Assembly (NCBI RefSeq): GCF_006345805.1
Contig: NW_021832272.1
Span: forward strand, 1 to 64,000
Length of the DNA stretch: 64,000 nt
Source of the DNA: Octopus sinensis
Taxonomy: Eukaryota
Direction of reading: 5' to 3'
The notes under the pieces are model-generated. The model ran no database searches. It saw nothing but the letters and a program-made list of their open reading frames with translations, and was not told the origin of the DNA. Below are positions 39,930 through 54,129 of the stretch, in pieces. A program made the position numbers and the translations under genes. Positions within the stretch are counted from its first letter, which is position 1. Each line of letters begins with the position of its first letter.

Positions 39930-40170
39930 TCGCTGCTTTCTTCCAAGGAATCTAATGCTCTTAGCTTAGTTTTTCCTTGGGGCTGGTCAGATTGTAGCAA
40001 TCTCAAATATAATCAGCCGAAATTGCGAAGAAAATCTGGTACTTGACTGAGGAAAGAAAACTTCGAATGACCCGTCCTTGTTTTCTTTGTATCGTCTATC
40101 TGGATGTTTTGTTGTCCCATTTTTGTATCACCTAACTGTCCAGATGTTTTGCGTTCTTGTATTCTTGTCC

Positions 40171-40175
<5 letters not shown>
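39930..40175 (+). mobile_element. Short repeat family P with hammerhead-like remnants; copies at about 7910-8030 (+) and 45580-45960 (-)
   Basis: Shared ggctgg..agattg..aa(t/c)cagccGAAA..CTGANGA..cgaat and a T-rich tail running into (TA)n. Confidence 0.6.
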
Positions 40176-40235
<60 letters not shown>

Positions 40236-41049
40236 ACGCGAGTGTCGCGGGCTTTTTTCAGTTTCCGTACACCATATTCCCTCACAAGGCATTAATCGAC
40301 CCGGGGTTATAATAGAACACATTTACCCAAGGTACTGCGCAGTGGTACCGAAACCGGAACCAAAAGTTGATTGCGAAGCGAGATTCTTTAGAACACACCC
40401 ATGCATGCACCCGCGCGTGCATGCATTGATGTATGTACACATCAGAGTATGTATGCGTGTGCGTACGTGCGTGTGTGTGTATGAGAAAGAAAGAGAGAGA
40501 GAGTGTGTGTGAGTGAGTGTGACGCTATAAGTGTCATGTGATATTTACATGTCTATAAATACGACCGGCTTTTTTTCACAGTTGTTAATCCGTCAAAGGA
40601 ATTTCACTCGCATGGTTTTTGTCGTCCGCAGGCCATATAACAACTATATCAATAATAATAATGATAATTATCAATGAATGAAAAAAGAGTGTGTATGATG
40701 CAGTTGTTTTCATTGACCAAACGGTTTTTTGAGTGGTCGTACTGACGTCACAGCACGGAATAATATGAATGGTAGGAACATCACATGGAGAAGGACCGTG
40801 ACATGGGAGATTTGTACTGGTGATGATGATTGTGGCCATTGACAGAATGTGTAAAGCTAGAGGGGGTACATGTGTTTGATGAAGGAAGGATAAGGGGTTG
40901 CAGGAAATAATAGGAAGAAGATGGGCCGTCGTACGATACGACTCGTGTATGTGTGAATGACTATGTTCGTGATTTTGATGTTTTTGTTTTAAGTGTTGTG
41001 TGTGTGTGTGTTGTGTGTGTGAATTTTTGTGCATGCTTGTATATATGTG

Positions 41050-41735
41050 TGTGTCTGTGAATTAGTGTGTGTGTATGTCTGTGAATATGTGTGTGTGTAT
41101 GTCTGTGAATTAGTGAGTGTGTGCTTTGTGCTTGTGTGTGTGTGTATGTCTGTGAATTAGTGTGTGTGTATGTCTGTGAATATGTGTGTGTGTATGTCTG
41201 TGAATTAGTGTGTGTGTGCTTTGTGCTTGTGTGTGTGTGTATGTGTGTGTGTGTATGTCTGTGAATTAGTGTGTGTGTATGTCTGTGAATATGTGTGTGT
41301 GTATGTCTGTGAATTAGTGTGTGTGTGCTTTGTGCTTGTGTGTGTGTGTATGTCTGTGAATTAGTGAGTGTGTGCTTTGTGCTTGTGTGTGTGTGTATTG
41401 TGTGTGTGTATGTCTGTGAATTAGTGTGTGTGTATGTCTGTGAATATGTGTGTGTGTATGTCTGTGAATTAGTGTGTGTGTGCTTTGTGCTTGTGTGTGT
41501 GTGTATGTTGTGTGTGGTATGTCTGTGAATATGTTGTGTGTATGTCTGTGAATTAGTGGTGTGTGTGCTTTGTGCTTGTGTGTGTGTGTATGTGTGTGTG
41601 TGTATGTCTGTGAATTAGTGTTGTGTATGTCTGTGAATATGTGTGTGTGTATGTCTGTGAATTAGTGTGTGTGTGCTTTGTGCTTGTGTGTGTGTGTGGT
41701 GTGTGTGTGTGTATGTCTGTGAATTAGTGTGTGTG
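41050..41735. repeat. Higher-order GT-derived minisatellite (gtatgtctgtgaattag / gtatgtctgtgaatatg / gctttgtgcttgtg modules)
   Basis: Visible tandem reiteration. Confidence 0.9.
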
Positions 41736-42030
41736 TGCTTGTGTTTGTGTATATCAGTGTGTGTGTGTGTGTATGTGGTTGACTGTTTGTGTGCGCATCT
41801 CTATTTGCGAGTTGTATGTGTGTGGGTATTTGTGTATTTTTGTATGTTTGAATGCATGCCTCTGTGTATGTGTGCGTGCGAGTGTGTGTGTGTGTGTGTG
41901 CGTGCATGTGTACATATTTAGGTGTTACACACTGTGTATGTGAGTGTGTGCGTTTATGTATGTGTATGTGTATGCACAGGCGCGTCATTTTTCGTGTGTG
42001 TATATATGTGTTTATGCACGTGTGCGTATG

Positions 42031-42216
42031 TGTATGTGTGTGATTGTGTATGACTGTGTATGTGTGTGATTGTGTATGACTGTGTATGTGTGTGATTGTG
42101 TATGACTGTGTATGTGTGTGATTGTGTATGACTGTGTATGTGTGTGATTGTGTATGACTGTGTATGTGTGTGATTGTGTATGACTGTGTATGTGTGTGAT
42201 TGTGTATGACTGTGTA
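42031..42216. repeat. 26-bp tandem repeat tgtatgtgtgtgattgtgtatgactg, about 7 copies
   Basis: Exact tandem copies. Confidence 0.9.
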
Positions 42217-42277
42217 TATGTGCACTCATGATTGTGTTTTTGCGTGTGTGTATGACAGTAGGTGTATTTGTATATGC

Positions 42278-42311
<34 letters not shown>

Positions 42312-42689
42312 GTGTCTGTGTGTCCATTTCCGTCTTAATGTCTGAGCATTTGTAAGTAGATAGAAAGCGCGGGAAGAGACTCGTTCGTGTGTGCGTGTTT
42401 TTTTTTTGTGTGTGTGTGTGTGTATATATTACTACGAATGAATGATTACGAAATTGTGTGTGTATATGTACACGTTTATGTAAGTGTGTGTGTGTGTGTG
42501 TGTGTGTATGCGTGTGTGTGTGTGTATGTGCGCGCGTAGGACGAAACTACATTGCATCGTCACGTGGCAAGAAACCGTGACCGCTCGTGGTGAAAGTGTA
42601 ACGGTGTATGCTGCACGCGCTGTAAACTATGGTCACCATCGGCAATGCCACCACCACCACTGCCTCTGCCTCGGCCCATACATACATCC

Positions 42690-42723
<34 letters not shown>

Positions 42724-43659
42724 CCACACGCACAATCATTTGCACTACCATGGCCGCCCGTCGCCGCTACGGCAGCTGCGTCCGCTACCTCCGCCGCCAT
42801 TACGACTATGACGACAAACACCACCACCACCACCATCTCCACCACCACCACCACCACCTCCACCACCACCACCACCACAACAGCAATCACCACCACCACT
42901 GCAACCGCCACCTTCACCACCACCAACACCACCACCACAACCGCAATCACCACCACCACCACCACCACCACCACCACTGCAACCGCCATCTTCACCACCA
43001 CCAACACCACCACCACAACCGCCATCACCACCACCACCACCACCACTGCAACCGCCACCTTCACCACCACCACCACTACCACCACCACCACCACCTTCCC
43101 CAACTCCATTTTCGCAACAACAAACACCACCACATTTTCAATGAAAACCATCGACATCACCAAGCATCACAACCACCACTTTTACTGCAGCACTAACACA
43201 CCCACCACAACCACCACTACCACTACCACCACCAATACCATGACCGCCATCACCACCACCACCATCGCCACCACCACTACCACCGTCGAAACCCTCAGCA
43301 CTACGAGCATCCCTGCCCTAAGCACAACCATAGCCACGCCACCCACGACAAACACTACTCCCAGGGCAACCAAGAACTGGGTCGAACTCGAATAAATTCA
43401 CGGTGTAGTTATCTCCGTTCGTGTAGACCCAGGTTCGATCCCACGGGATGGTATTTTGGCAAGAGTTTTTTGCTGTAGTCTCGAGTTGACCAATGCATTG
43501 TGAGTGGAAATGGATAACCCGAAATGGATAAGCGGAAATTGTACTGAAGCCCATGATGTGTGTGTGTGTATTTATTCATACACAAGCATACATTTGATTC
43601 TTTTCTTCTTTTCAGCCAGGGGTTGCGCCCATGCAAGAGCATCATCATAGTGTATATTC

Positions 43660-43730
43660 CTTCTCCGGTGGAGAATCGAACTCAGGTCTCCTGCGTGACG
43701 GACAGGGATACATACAACTACACAACTATA
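43660..43730 (-). pseudogene. tRNA-Asp(GTC) pseudogene / tRNA-derived fragment
   Basis: Minus strand tagttgtgtagttgtatgtatccctgtccGTCacgcaggagacctgagttcgattctccaccggag aligns to metazoan tRNA-Asp, but the acceptor and D stems are broken. Confidence 0.7.
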
Positions 43731-43759
43731 CATGTCCATTCCATGCATCGATCCATCCA

Positions 43760-44095
43760 TCTTCGCCGACTGTCCCTGGAAGGGTCCGGGAATAAAGTCC
43801 TCCGTAGACACCTATGAGGTGCAACCGTCATTAGATTTGCCAGCTGGAGTTTCAAGCATCACAACCACTTCGTTCTTGAGCTAACCTTTACGTCTCCAGC
43901 CACTTGGCTTGGTCTGAAGAGTCTATATTTTGATTCTTCGTGCAATATTCTGACCTCATGTCCATAGTACCCGAGCTGAGACCTCTCAACGCGAAGAGGT
44001 AGTGGCTTCACCTGGAGACATGCTGTGATCTCCGAGTTACGCAACTCGTCCAGTAACATTACTCCAGAGACCCTTTACTGGAAACTCATTTCGGC
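43760..44095 (-). mobile_element. RTE-like LINE 3' fragment
   Basis: LRNSEITACLQVKPL..VERSQLGYYGH motif. Confidence 0.65.
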
Positions 44096-44099
44096 CGCT

Positions 44100-44196
<97 letters not shown>

Positions 44197-44731
44197 TTTC
44201 TCCTCTTCAACTTTTACTATCTGTCTCTCTCTCCCCCTCTTTCTCCTTTACTCTCTCTCTCGTTGCTCACACACGAGACCATCGTCCATCTTTCTTTTCC
44301 TCATGCGATCATCTTTTCTTTCAGGGCTGTCCTAAAGACTGGACGTATCGTATCTCTCTCTTCTATCTTTTTTCTTGTCAAAGAAAATATTCCTCCAGCG
44401 TTCGCTATTTTACCCTCGTGCTCGTCTAACAACCATCCATGTTCGTTTTCGTTCAATTTCCTTGTATGTCTCCACTATCCTGTTTCTGTTCCCAACTTTG
44501 ACCCTCCATAAACCCCAAATTTTATTTTGGTACTAATGGGAGCAACTGTCTTCGAAGACTCATATTATCGCTCAATGCTCGAAACGAAGGGTAGATAGAC
44601 ATCGGACAACTGATGAAGGGTCGTTCTTTATATGTTACTTGTCCTGTTTTCCATTTGTTTCTCTCGTTGTTTGCGTATTGAACTCATATGTTTTCGTATT
44701 TCATGTTCTTTACTGCTGGTGATCTTCTGTA

Positions 44732-44778
<47 letters not shown>

Positions 44779-44780
44779 AT

Positions 44781-45184
44781 ACTCTTTTACTCTTTTACTT
44801 GTTTCAATCATTTGACTGCGGCCATGTGCTGGAGCAGCGCCTTTAATCGAGCAACTCGACCCCGAGACTTATTCTATTGTAAGTCCAGTACTTATTCTAT
44901 CGGTCTCTTTTGCCGAACCGCTAAGTAACGGGGACATAAACACACCAGCATCGTTTGTCAAGCAATGCTAGGGGACAAACACAGACACACAAACACACAC
45001 ACGCATATATATATACATATATACGACGGGCTTCTTTCAGTTTCCGTCAACCAAATCCACTCATAAGGCTTTGGTCGGCCCGAGGCTATAGTAGAAGACA
45101 CTTACCCAAGGTGCCACGCCGTGGGACTGAACCCGGAATCATGTGGTTGGTAAACAAGCTACTTAGCACACAGCCACTCCTGCG
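44781..45184 (-). mobile_element. SINE family A, full length
   Basis: Reverse complement of the consensus. Confidence 0.9.
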
Positions 45185-45185
45185 G

Positions 45186-45292
<107 letters not shown>

Positions 45293-46388
45293 TTTATCTT
45301 ATACATATTTATATATATGTGTATACACCGTATCAACATTCCCACACACAACTAACGAATTCAAAGAAAGCTGACGACCCATGCCACAGCATTAAAAGCA
45401 GTTGATTGACTGCCAAACGTTCTCTTTCTGACGGATGAGAAACTGGTTAGCGTCTCTCTTATTACTCTCCTTCATCTCTCCATGGCCATTCTTCTGCCCA
45501 GGGCGTGGAGTACACATGGACATGATCGTCAATTGGTACCGTTTAATCGACTCTCTATGAGAAGATTTATATATAAATAAATGAATGCATATATATATAA
45601 CAGGACAAAAAAAAAATGGAACAAGAACGTAACAGGCGACATCAAAACATCCGGGCAGTTAGACGATATATAGAAGGACAGGAAAAAATAAGGGCGGGTG
45701 ATTCGGAGCCTTCTATCGTCAGTTAAGTTCCAGATCATCCCTGCAGTTTCGGCTGGTTACACTCAAGACTTCTCCAATCTGGCCAGCCCCGAGAAAATCT
45801 AAGGTAAGAGGACTAGCTTCTTTGGAAGAAAGCAAGCGAGTGTATACGAAAACAAAGACGAAAAGAAAAAAACGGAGAGATGTTATACAATTACAAATAC
45901 AAAGAATAAGACAATAACAACAGGTGTCTTTCGACTAAAGATGAATTAAATCAAGCTGGCGTGTGTGGTGTTATATATATATATACACATATGTATATGT
46001 ATGTATGTATATATATATATATGACGGTATTTTTGATAGTATGATAACAAGAGGTGACAATAATGGTGGCGATGGTAGTGGTGTTCTTGCTGTATTTGGT
46101 GTTGGTGATAGTGATGGTGCTGGTGGTATTAATCATGAGGATTCCGGTGGTGGTTGTCGTGTTGGTGCTTATGATAGTAATGGACATAACGGTGGAGAAG
46201 ATGTCACTAATGAAAGCGGGGTTGTCCTCATCGTAGTCATCTAAAACTCAAAACAGAGTTTATAAAATACTTCGCATCATAGGAATATTTAACAAAACAA
46301 CGAATTAGTCTGTTAATGAATGACATACCATAAAAAATATTTCCGGAAGATTTTCACTGTTACTTTTATTACTTTGCGCCTCGTTTTG

Positions 46389-46858
46389 TTAATATATTTG
46401 AGAGATGTTAATATAAGTTATGAAAAGGAGCGGGCGCAATACAGTGCTTTGTGGGACTCCACTTATAACCCTGGTTGAGGTCGATCGGACACCATCAATC
46501 ACCACAAACTGAGTTCCGTTCATCTGAAGACATTTAGTCCAAGTTAACAGTTTCCCTCGGACTCCAATGTTGAACAGTTTCTTTAACAGGATGCAGCGAT
46601 CAACTCTGTCAAAGGCTTTGCTGAAGTCCAGGTATATGACGTCTGCATTGGAGTCCTCTCCTATGTCCTTTAACATGTCATTGGAATGATGCAAGGGCTG
46701 TGTTAAGCAGTCCCTTCCATCGTGGAAGCCATGTTGGTTGGAAATAATCAGGTTGTTCGATGCCAAGAAATGGGTTGCTTGAGATCTCACAACTCTTTCG
46801 AATAATTTGATGATAGAAAGAGGTAAGTGAGATCGGACGATAGTTTGCCTTTCTAGAA
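46389..46858 (-). mobile_element. CR1/L2-group LINE RT fragment
   Basis: NYRPISLTS, NQHGF..DCLTQ, YLDFSKAFDRVD and SGVPQSTVL.PLLF motifs. Confidence 0.85.
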
Positions 46859-46863
46859 AACTG

Positions 46864-47015
46864 TGGCTGTGTGGTAAGTAGCTTGTTTACCAACCACATG
46901 GTTCCGGGTTCAGTCCCACTGCGTGGCACCTTGGGCTAGTGCCTTCTACTATAGCCTCGGGCCGAACAAAGTCTTGTGCGTGGATTCGGTAGAAGGAAAC
47001 TGAAAGAAGCCTGTC

Positions 47016-47078
<63 letters not shown>

Positions 47079-47240
47079 AGGAGTGGCTGTGTGTGGTAAG
47101 TAGCTTGTTTACCAACCACATGGTTCCGGGTTCAGTCCCACTGCGTGGCACCTTGGGCAAGTGTCTTCTACTATAGCCTCGGGCCGACCAAAGCCTTGTG
47201 AGTGGATTTGGTAGACGGAAACTGAAAGAAGCCCATCGTA

Positions 47241-47290
<50 letters not shown>

Positions 47291-47680
47291 TGTGTGTGTT
47301 TGTATGTCTGTGTTTGTCCCCCTAGCATTGCTTGACAACCGATGCTGGTGTGTTTATGTCCCCGTTACTTAGCGGTTCGGCAAAATAGACCGATAGAATA
47401 AGTACTGGGCTTACAAAGAATAAGTCCCGGGGTCGAGTTGCTCGATTAAAGGCGGTGCTCCAGCATGGCCGCAGTCAAATGACTGAAACGAGTAAAAGAG
47501 TAAAAGAGAGTATATACACGACGCGGTTTCCACACAGTGTCCGTCTACCAAATTCACTGACAAGGCATTTGGTCGGCCTGGAGGGCTGTAGCAGAAGTCA
47601 TTTGCCGAATGTACCGCACGGCGAGATTGAACCCGAAACCACGTAGCTGCCAAAACGAGCTTCTAAACCACACAACCACA
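46864..47680 (+). mobile_element. Cluster of SINE A copies: head 46864-47016 (+), full copy 47075-47510 (+), degenerate copy 47520-47680 (-)
   Basis: Matches the family consensus. Confidence 0.85.
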
Positions 47681-48110
47681 ACCAAAAATCAATAAATAAA
47701 TAAATAAATAATAAAACGAAAGCAACAACAACAACAGCACCACCTAGTGGCTAGCGAGGGAAAAACGCCAAATCCAAACATCTACCTTCCGAACCAACTA
47801 ACTCTATTAGTTTTCGATAGTTTTGTGAATATTATTTTTCATTATTTCCCCTATTAATATTCGTCGAACAGTAAAAAGCTATTTTCCCTCACAAGATGAA
47901 GACTTTTTGATGCATGCATTAAATCTGTTGCTTTTCTGATGACATGCAGTTGTGACGGCCTCTAAAACTGTAAGCACCGTTGATTCATCTACATTTTCTT
48001 ATGTAGTGTTGTAGCATAATCGCCGTTTTAATTATATACCTTAGCGGGAGATTGAGACAGGTGTAGTTAGATGGATGGATGGATAAGTAGATAGATAGAT
48101 AGGTAGATAA

Positions 48111-48177
<67 letters not shown>

Positions 48178-48496
48178 TACAGCAAGTGAGAGAGAGAGAG
48201 AGGTAACAGAAAAATAAATGCTTGACTGAATTGATAGGATGAGGGTAAGGCGGTGAAAGGTGGAGGGATTGACTTGGTAATACGGTAGAACGGACAGGTA
48301 ACGCAAAGGCATACACACACACACATACATACCAATTACTCACACATACACATATATGTACATATATGTACATTAAAGATAAAGAGAAGTATAACAAGTT
48401 GAACCGATACGCATCCAGCAAAATAGTATATAGACATGTGCATAATTTATGTAGATAAATGCACACAATCACACACACACACACACGCGCACACGC

Positions 48497-48527
<31 letters not shown>

Positions 48528-48721
48528 AGTAAGCACACAGACGCAAGACGATGTGGAAGAAATAGTACTCGAATACCAAATGTAGAGTTATATACTAATT
48601 TATTAAAGCTGAAAGACATGAAGATTTTTCCCCCTTTCATAAAATAGCAGGTATCAAAACAAATACATAAACACACACACACACGCATATATATATATAT
48701 ATATATACATACAATATGCAT

Positions 48722-48781
<60 letters not shown>

Positions 48782-48874
48782 GCATATACATATGTATGTA
48801 TGTGTCTGTGCGCGTACGTTGCTTAATGTTGGATGAATGGAAAATGAGTGCTCAATATAAGTTATAGAGGATAT

Positions 48875-49080
48875 GTGACCGCGTGTGTACCGTTGGCGAT
48901 TTTTTTCCCTCTGTCTTCCCTTCTCTGGATCTTCCCTTCTCCTATGTTTCCGACGAAGAGCTCCGCTCGAAACGTTAAACCCCCCTTCTTTCCTTCTCTC
49001 CTGAGCGTCCAATAATACTATATTTGTTCCACGTCCTCGCGTTGTTGTGTTTTTTTGTGCTTTCTTGTTTGGATTAACTA
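48875..49080 (+). mobile_element. Family H short repeat; hammerhead at 48946-48980 with CCGACGA (U4C)
   Basis: guuu CCGACGA A GAGC ucc GCUC GAAA CG UU aaac; ends in (TA)n. Confidence 0.75.
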
Positions 49081-49094
49081 TATATATATATCTT

Positions 49095-49810
49095 CGTCTT
49101 TGGCTGTCTATCGCAGACTGGTAATCTCTTCCCAAGTGTCTGAGGAGATGCTCGAGTTCTTCATATGCCCCTTCAGCACAGCCCTGTATCGCATCTTCTG
49201 GCCACCATGGCCTCACCTGCTCTGTCACAGTTCATCATAGAAAACTGCTTTTGGGAGCCTTCTTCCCCCCATCCTGCAAGCATTTTCTCCCACCGCAGCT
49301 GCGATGATGTAACGAGGACCTCCACACAATCTGTGCTAGCATGGCGCGGGACCTCTACATCAGGAATGCGATCTTTCCATTTGATATGCAAAGTGGAGTC
49401 CAGATGACGAAGCTGGACATGCGTCAGGGCCTTGATGTACTTGCGGTTGAGAGCCATGCATTACGTGGCTTAGAGGTGGCAAGAAAGTACTGTGGTACTG
49501 TACACCTTTATCTTCGTGTTGCGGCAATGTCATGGCAGATTCATTGACGCTTCTCTAGAGAGCCAAAAGTTTTTTGTGGCAGACTGTGTTCGCCTCTCAA
49601 CAACGAGGTCAAAAGAGTTAGTACAAGTCACTGTGCTGCCGAGATAGGTAAAGGCCTCGGTGTACATTAGGGGTTCTCCGTGGACTAACACGCTCTCTGG
49701 ATCTATTTAGACATTTTGGTGGGAGCTGGTAGAGCAGCTCAGTTTTCGAAGTGTTGATCTTGAGGCCAAACATGTCTGCTGCACAAGAAAACCGGGCCAC
49801 TTGCTGGCAA
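49095..49810 (-). mobile_element. RTE (Bov-B-like) LINE fragment
   Basis: FGLKINTSKTELLYQ, IKWKDRIPDVEV and QLRW motifs. Confidence 0.75.
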
Positions 49811-50790
49811 TAGGATATTGTGGTCGACTCTGTCGGACGCTTTGCTGAAATCAAGATATATGACATCAGAGTTCGAACCTGATCCCAAGGCTTCAAGGAC
49901 CTCATCGATGTAATGTAAGAGCTGTGTTAGACAGTCCCAGCCGCAACGAAAGCCATGCTGGTTGGAATTTAGAAGATTGTGGTTCTCCGGGAAGCCAGCT
50001 ATCCTTGATCTCACCACCCTTACAAACACTTTCATGATATAGGAGGTGAGTGATATTGGACGATAGTTGAGTGCAAGGAAGCTGTTTCCATGTTTGAAGA
50101 TTGGGATGGACTGTTTCGGTATATAGCCTGGGTCTAAAGAATTTCTCCAGATGTTGGTTAGAGGGACTGCAAGTTGGTGTCTACATTCATTCAGGACATT
50201 AGCGGGGAATATATCAGGGCCTACAACAGAATTGTACTTTATCTCATGCATTGCTTCTATGACATCTGAAGCAGTAAAAGTTATGTCCGACTTCATTCAC
50301 ATCCTTGCATCAACATCTGTGGGATAACTAATGACAGAACAGTACTGTTCCTGCAGTACTTCTGCCATTTCTTTAGCAACGGATGAATCAGCGGTCCTAT
50401 GCTTATTGGCACATGAATAAAACACAGTTTGGTTCTGTTTGATTTTTTTTTTATCACCCACTGTTCCTCTGCAGTTCTTTGATTTTCAATGAAGGTTTTC
50501 ATACTGATCTGCAGATGATGTTTTTCCAACTCAAACCTTTTCATAGTCGTTGAATGTGGATGCTAATATGTGGGAGTATTTTCATTGGTTGATCTTTAAA
50601 AAAATTATGTCTTTCGATGCTCCTGGTGAGTGTTTTTTCTCTCTCTCTAGGGAGCCTGTTTCTTTTTTGTGCCTGTGAATTTCGTAAAAGCGTGCTTTGA
50701 GCATGTATAGGTAACAATGTTTTCAAAGCGCTGCCATGCAGTTTCAATGTCAGAAGATCTGGACTTCTGGCCAGTTTATCTAGAGGTTAG
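49810..50790 (-). mobile_element. CR1/L2-group LINE fragment (linker and RT N-terminus)
   Basis: VGPDIFPANVLNEC..NYRPISLTS..NQHGFR..YLDFSKA motifs. Confidence 0.85.
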
Positions 50791-51084
50791 AACTTGATGT
50801 ATTCATGGCTCAAACAATGTTATATCCAGATGTATGGATGGCTGTATGTTATGTTCATATTCTTTTCTACTCTAGGCACACGGCCCGAAATTTTGGGGGA
50901 GGGGGGGCAGTTGATTAGATCGACCCCAGTACGCAACTGGTACTTAATTCATCGACTTCGAAAGGATGGAAGGCAAAATCAACCTTGGCGGAATTTGAAC
51001 TCAGAACATAAAGACAGACGAAATAATGTTATGTTCATATTAAGAGCTGCATGGATGTATTGTCATTATGTATGGATACCTGTG

Positions 51085-51385
51085 AAGGGTATTCGGCTCG
51101 CCATCGTAGGGTTGCGAGTTCGATTCCCGGCTAGGCGCTGTGTCCTTGAGCAAGACACTTTATTTCACATTGCTCCAGTCCACTCAGCTGGCAAAAATGA
51201 GTAATACCTGTAATTCACAAGGGCCAGCTTTGTCACACTCTGTATCACACTGAATCTCCCTGAGAACAACATTAAGGGTACACGTGTCTGTGGAGTACTC
51301 AGCCACTTGCACGTTAATTTCACAAGCAGGCTGTTCCTTTGATTGGATCAACTGGAACCCTCGTCGTCGTAAGCGACGGAGTCTC
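51085..51385 (+). mobile_element. SINE with a CORE-like head and tail D
   Basis: gagttcgattcc B box and gtgtccttgagcaagacac; the tail is shared with 58220-58392. Confidence 0.7.
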
Positions 51386-51743
51386 AGGTTTTTTTAATGT
51401 ATGGATACCTATAAGGATGTTGCACCTCGATGTATGGATGACTGTATCGTTGTTGTATCTAGATGTATGGATGACTGCATGGAAACTATATCAAGATGTA
51501 TGGTTGACCGTATGGATATTATGTTACGATACATGGCTGTCTTGTATGGACATTATGTCTAGCTGTATGGACGGTTTTCAGGATAGTCTAAGTGTATGGA
51601 TAACTGTAAGGATGACTCTAAATCGGTGGGCGGCCGTATGGATATTATTTCGAGATGCATGGGTGGCTTTATGTATGTATGTATGTATGTATGTATGTAT
51701 GTATGTATGTATGTATGTATTATGTATGTATGTATGTATGTAT

Positions 51744-52222
51744 GTGTGTGTGTATGTACTTAGATGGCTATCATGTTTTGGATGCATGTATGAAAGGACG
51801 GACGGACAAACAGATAAACGAATAATCGTTGCTATTTTTGTTGCCATAATTATAAAACATCTCTGTGATTGCTCTGCTCTGTTCTCATTGTTTTTATAGC
51901 TATTATTGCCTTCGTTATTAACGATTGTGGGTGGCAGGACTCCTGCGAACGCTTTTAATATTAAGGAAACTTATTTTAAAAAATAAAATATGGCGCTTTT
52001 TATCCCCCGAGCTTTGACAGCCGAAGACAATTCGAGATTTGCAATCAACTGTTGCAGAAGATTGTGAAATTGGCTCTGCTGCTTTTTCACCTGTGGCATA
52101 GAACCAAAGTCATTGGATTTTACAGCTGGAGCAGGCAGCTAGGATATTGTGTTAGTCTTGCTGCGAAGCACTTTGCAAAGCATTCGAGCACATACACGCA
52201 TACGCACGCACGCACACACACA

Positions 52223-52265
<43 letters not shown>

Positions 52266-52891
52266 CCCATGTATGCATACATATTTACATGCACACATAC
52301 GCTCGCTCGCACGCACACACATACACAGACCTCCCCCCTACAAAAATAATAATTCTTTGTTTTAATATTTCTGTGTGTGTGTGTATTTATATTTATGCAT
52401 ATTTATGTATAACGCATGTTGTGTGTGTGTATGTACTTAGATGGCTATCATGTTTTGGATGCATGTATGAAAGGACGGACGGACAAACAGATAAACGAAT
52501 AATCGTTGCTATTTTTGTTGCCATAATTATAAAACATCTCTGTGATTGCTCTGCTCTGTTCTCATTGTTTTTATAGCTATTATTGCCTTCGTTATTAACG
52601 ATTGTGGGTGGCAGGACTCCTGCGAACGCTTTTATATTAAGGAAACTTATTTTAAAAAATAAAATATGGCGCTTTTTATCCCCCGAGCTTTGACAGCCGA
52701 AGACAATTCGAGATTTGCAATCAACTGTTGCAGAAGATTGTGAAATTGGCTCTGCTGCTTTTTCACCTGTGCATAGAACCAAAGTCATTGGATTTTACAG
52801 CTGGAGCAGGCAGCTAGGATATTGTGTTAGTCTTGCTGCGAAGCACTTTGCAAAGCATTCGAGCACATACACGCATACGCACGCATGCACG

Positions 52892-52935
<44 letters not shown>

Positions 52936-53100
52936 ACACACACACATGCCCATGTATGCATACATATTTACATGCACACATACGCTCGCTCGCACGCACA
53001 CACATACACAGACCTCCCCCCTACAAAAATAATAATTCTTTGTTTTAATATTTCTGTGTGTGTGTGTCTTTATATTTATGCATATTTATGTATAACGCAT
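51744..53100 (+). repeat. Near-identical tandem duplication, period about 677 bp
   Basis: 51744-52420 and 52421-53100 differ mainly by 1-bp indels and microsatellite length. Confidence 0.9.
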
Positions 53101-54129
53101 GTGTGTGTGTGTATTTATATTTATGTATGTATAACATACGTGTGTGTGTGCATGCATATATATATATTTGTGTGTGTATGCATTTATATATATACGTGTG
53201 TGTGTGTGTGTTTATGTATGTATATCATACGTGTATGTGTGTGTGTATGCATATATATGTGTGTGTGTAATTATGTATGTATAGCATGTGTGTGTGTGTT
53301 TGTGTATGTGTGTGTGTATTTATGTATGTATAGCATATGTGTGTGTATGCATATATATGTGTGTATGTGTTTATGTATGTATAGCATACGTGTGTGTGTA
53401 TGCATATATATGTGTGTGTGTATTTATGTATGTATAGCATACGTGTGTGTGTATGCATATATATGTGTGTGTATTCATGTATGTATAGCATATGTATGTA
53501 TGTGTCTTTGTGTATGTATGTGTGCATTATATATATATATATGTGTGTATGTTTTGTTTGTCTTTCCATGTCAATCTCTCCCTCTCTCCTCTCTCACTCT
53601 CTTTCTCTCTCGCACTCATCCTTTGTCTATCTGCCTGTTTCTTTCTGACTGTCTCTCTATCTGATTCTCTCTCCCTCCCTCCCCTCTCTCCCACCCTCCC
53701 TCTCTCTCTGTCTTCCTCCCTTTATCCATTCCTTGCTCTCCCACCCCCCCGCGACAACACCCCCATTCCTCGCCGTAGAAAACAAAAATGGTCAAGCAGC
53801 TCTATTGCTGCTCGTGTCGTCCGCATTCGGCCACTCTCGGCCACTCTCGGCCACATTCGGTGAAGCAATGGTCAGCTGCGGTTGGTCCGTTATTTGTGGT
53901 CACCGGGTTAATAAGCGATTGTGTGAAGTTACCCAAGCTGGAAGAGTCATGTGGGAAGGATGTGGTGTGTGTGTGTGTGGGGGGGAGAAGTGATGGACGA
54001 TGATATATTCATTAAGGAGGCGATGGTGATGGGGGGGTGGGGTGATGCTTGTGAAGATGGTTGTGGTGGCGGTTGTGGTACTAGCTATGATAGTATCAGA
54101 GGTGGTTGGTAGTGGTCTTTGTGACATCG

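Noticed and set aside
41050-42216. CRISPR-like repeat arrays
   Set aside because: No unique spacers, no cas genes and a eukaryotic context; these are minisatellites.
42484-43395. Mucin-like Thr-rich 303-aa ORF
   Set aside because: It is an (ACC)n array starting in a GT repeat, with no signal peptide or domain.
48041-49228. 395-aa minus-strand ORF
   Set aside because: A chance read-through across an RTE remnant, a family H repeat and microsatellites.
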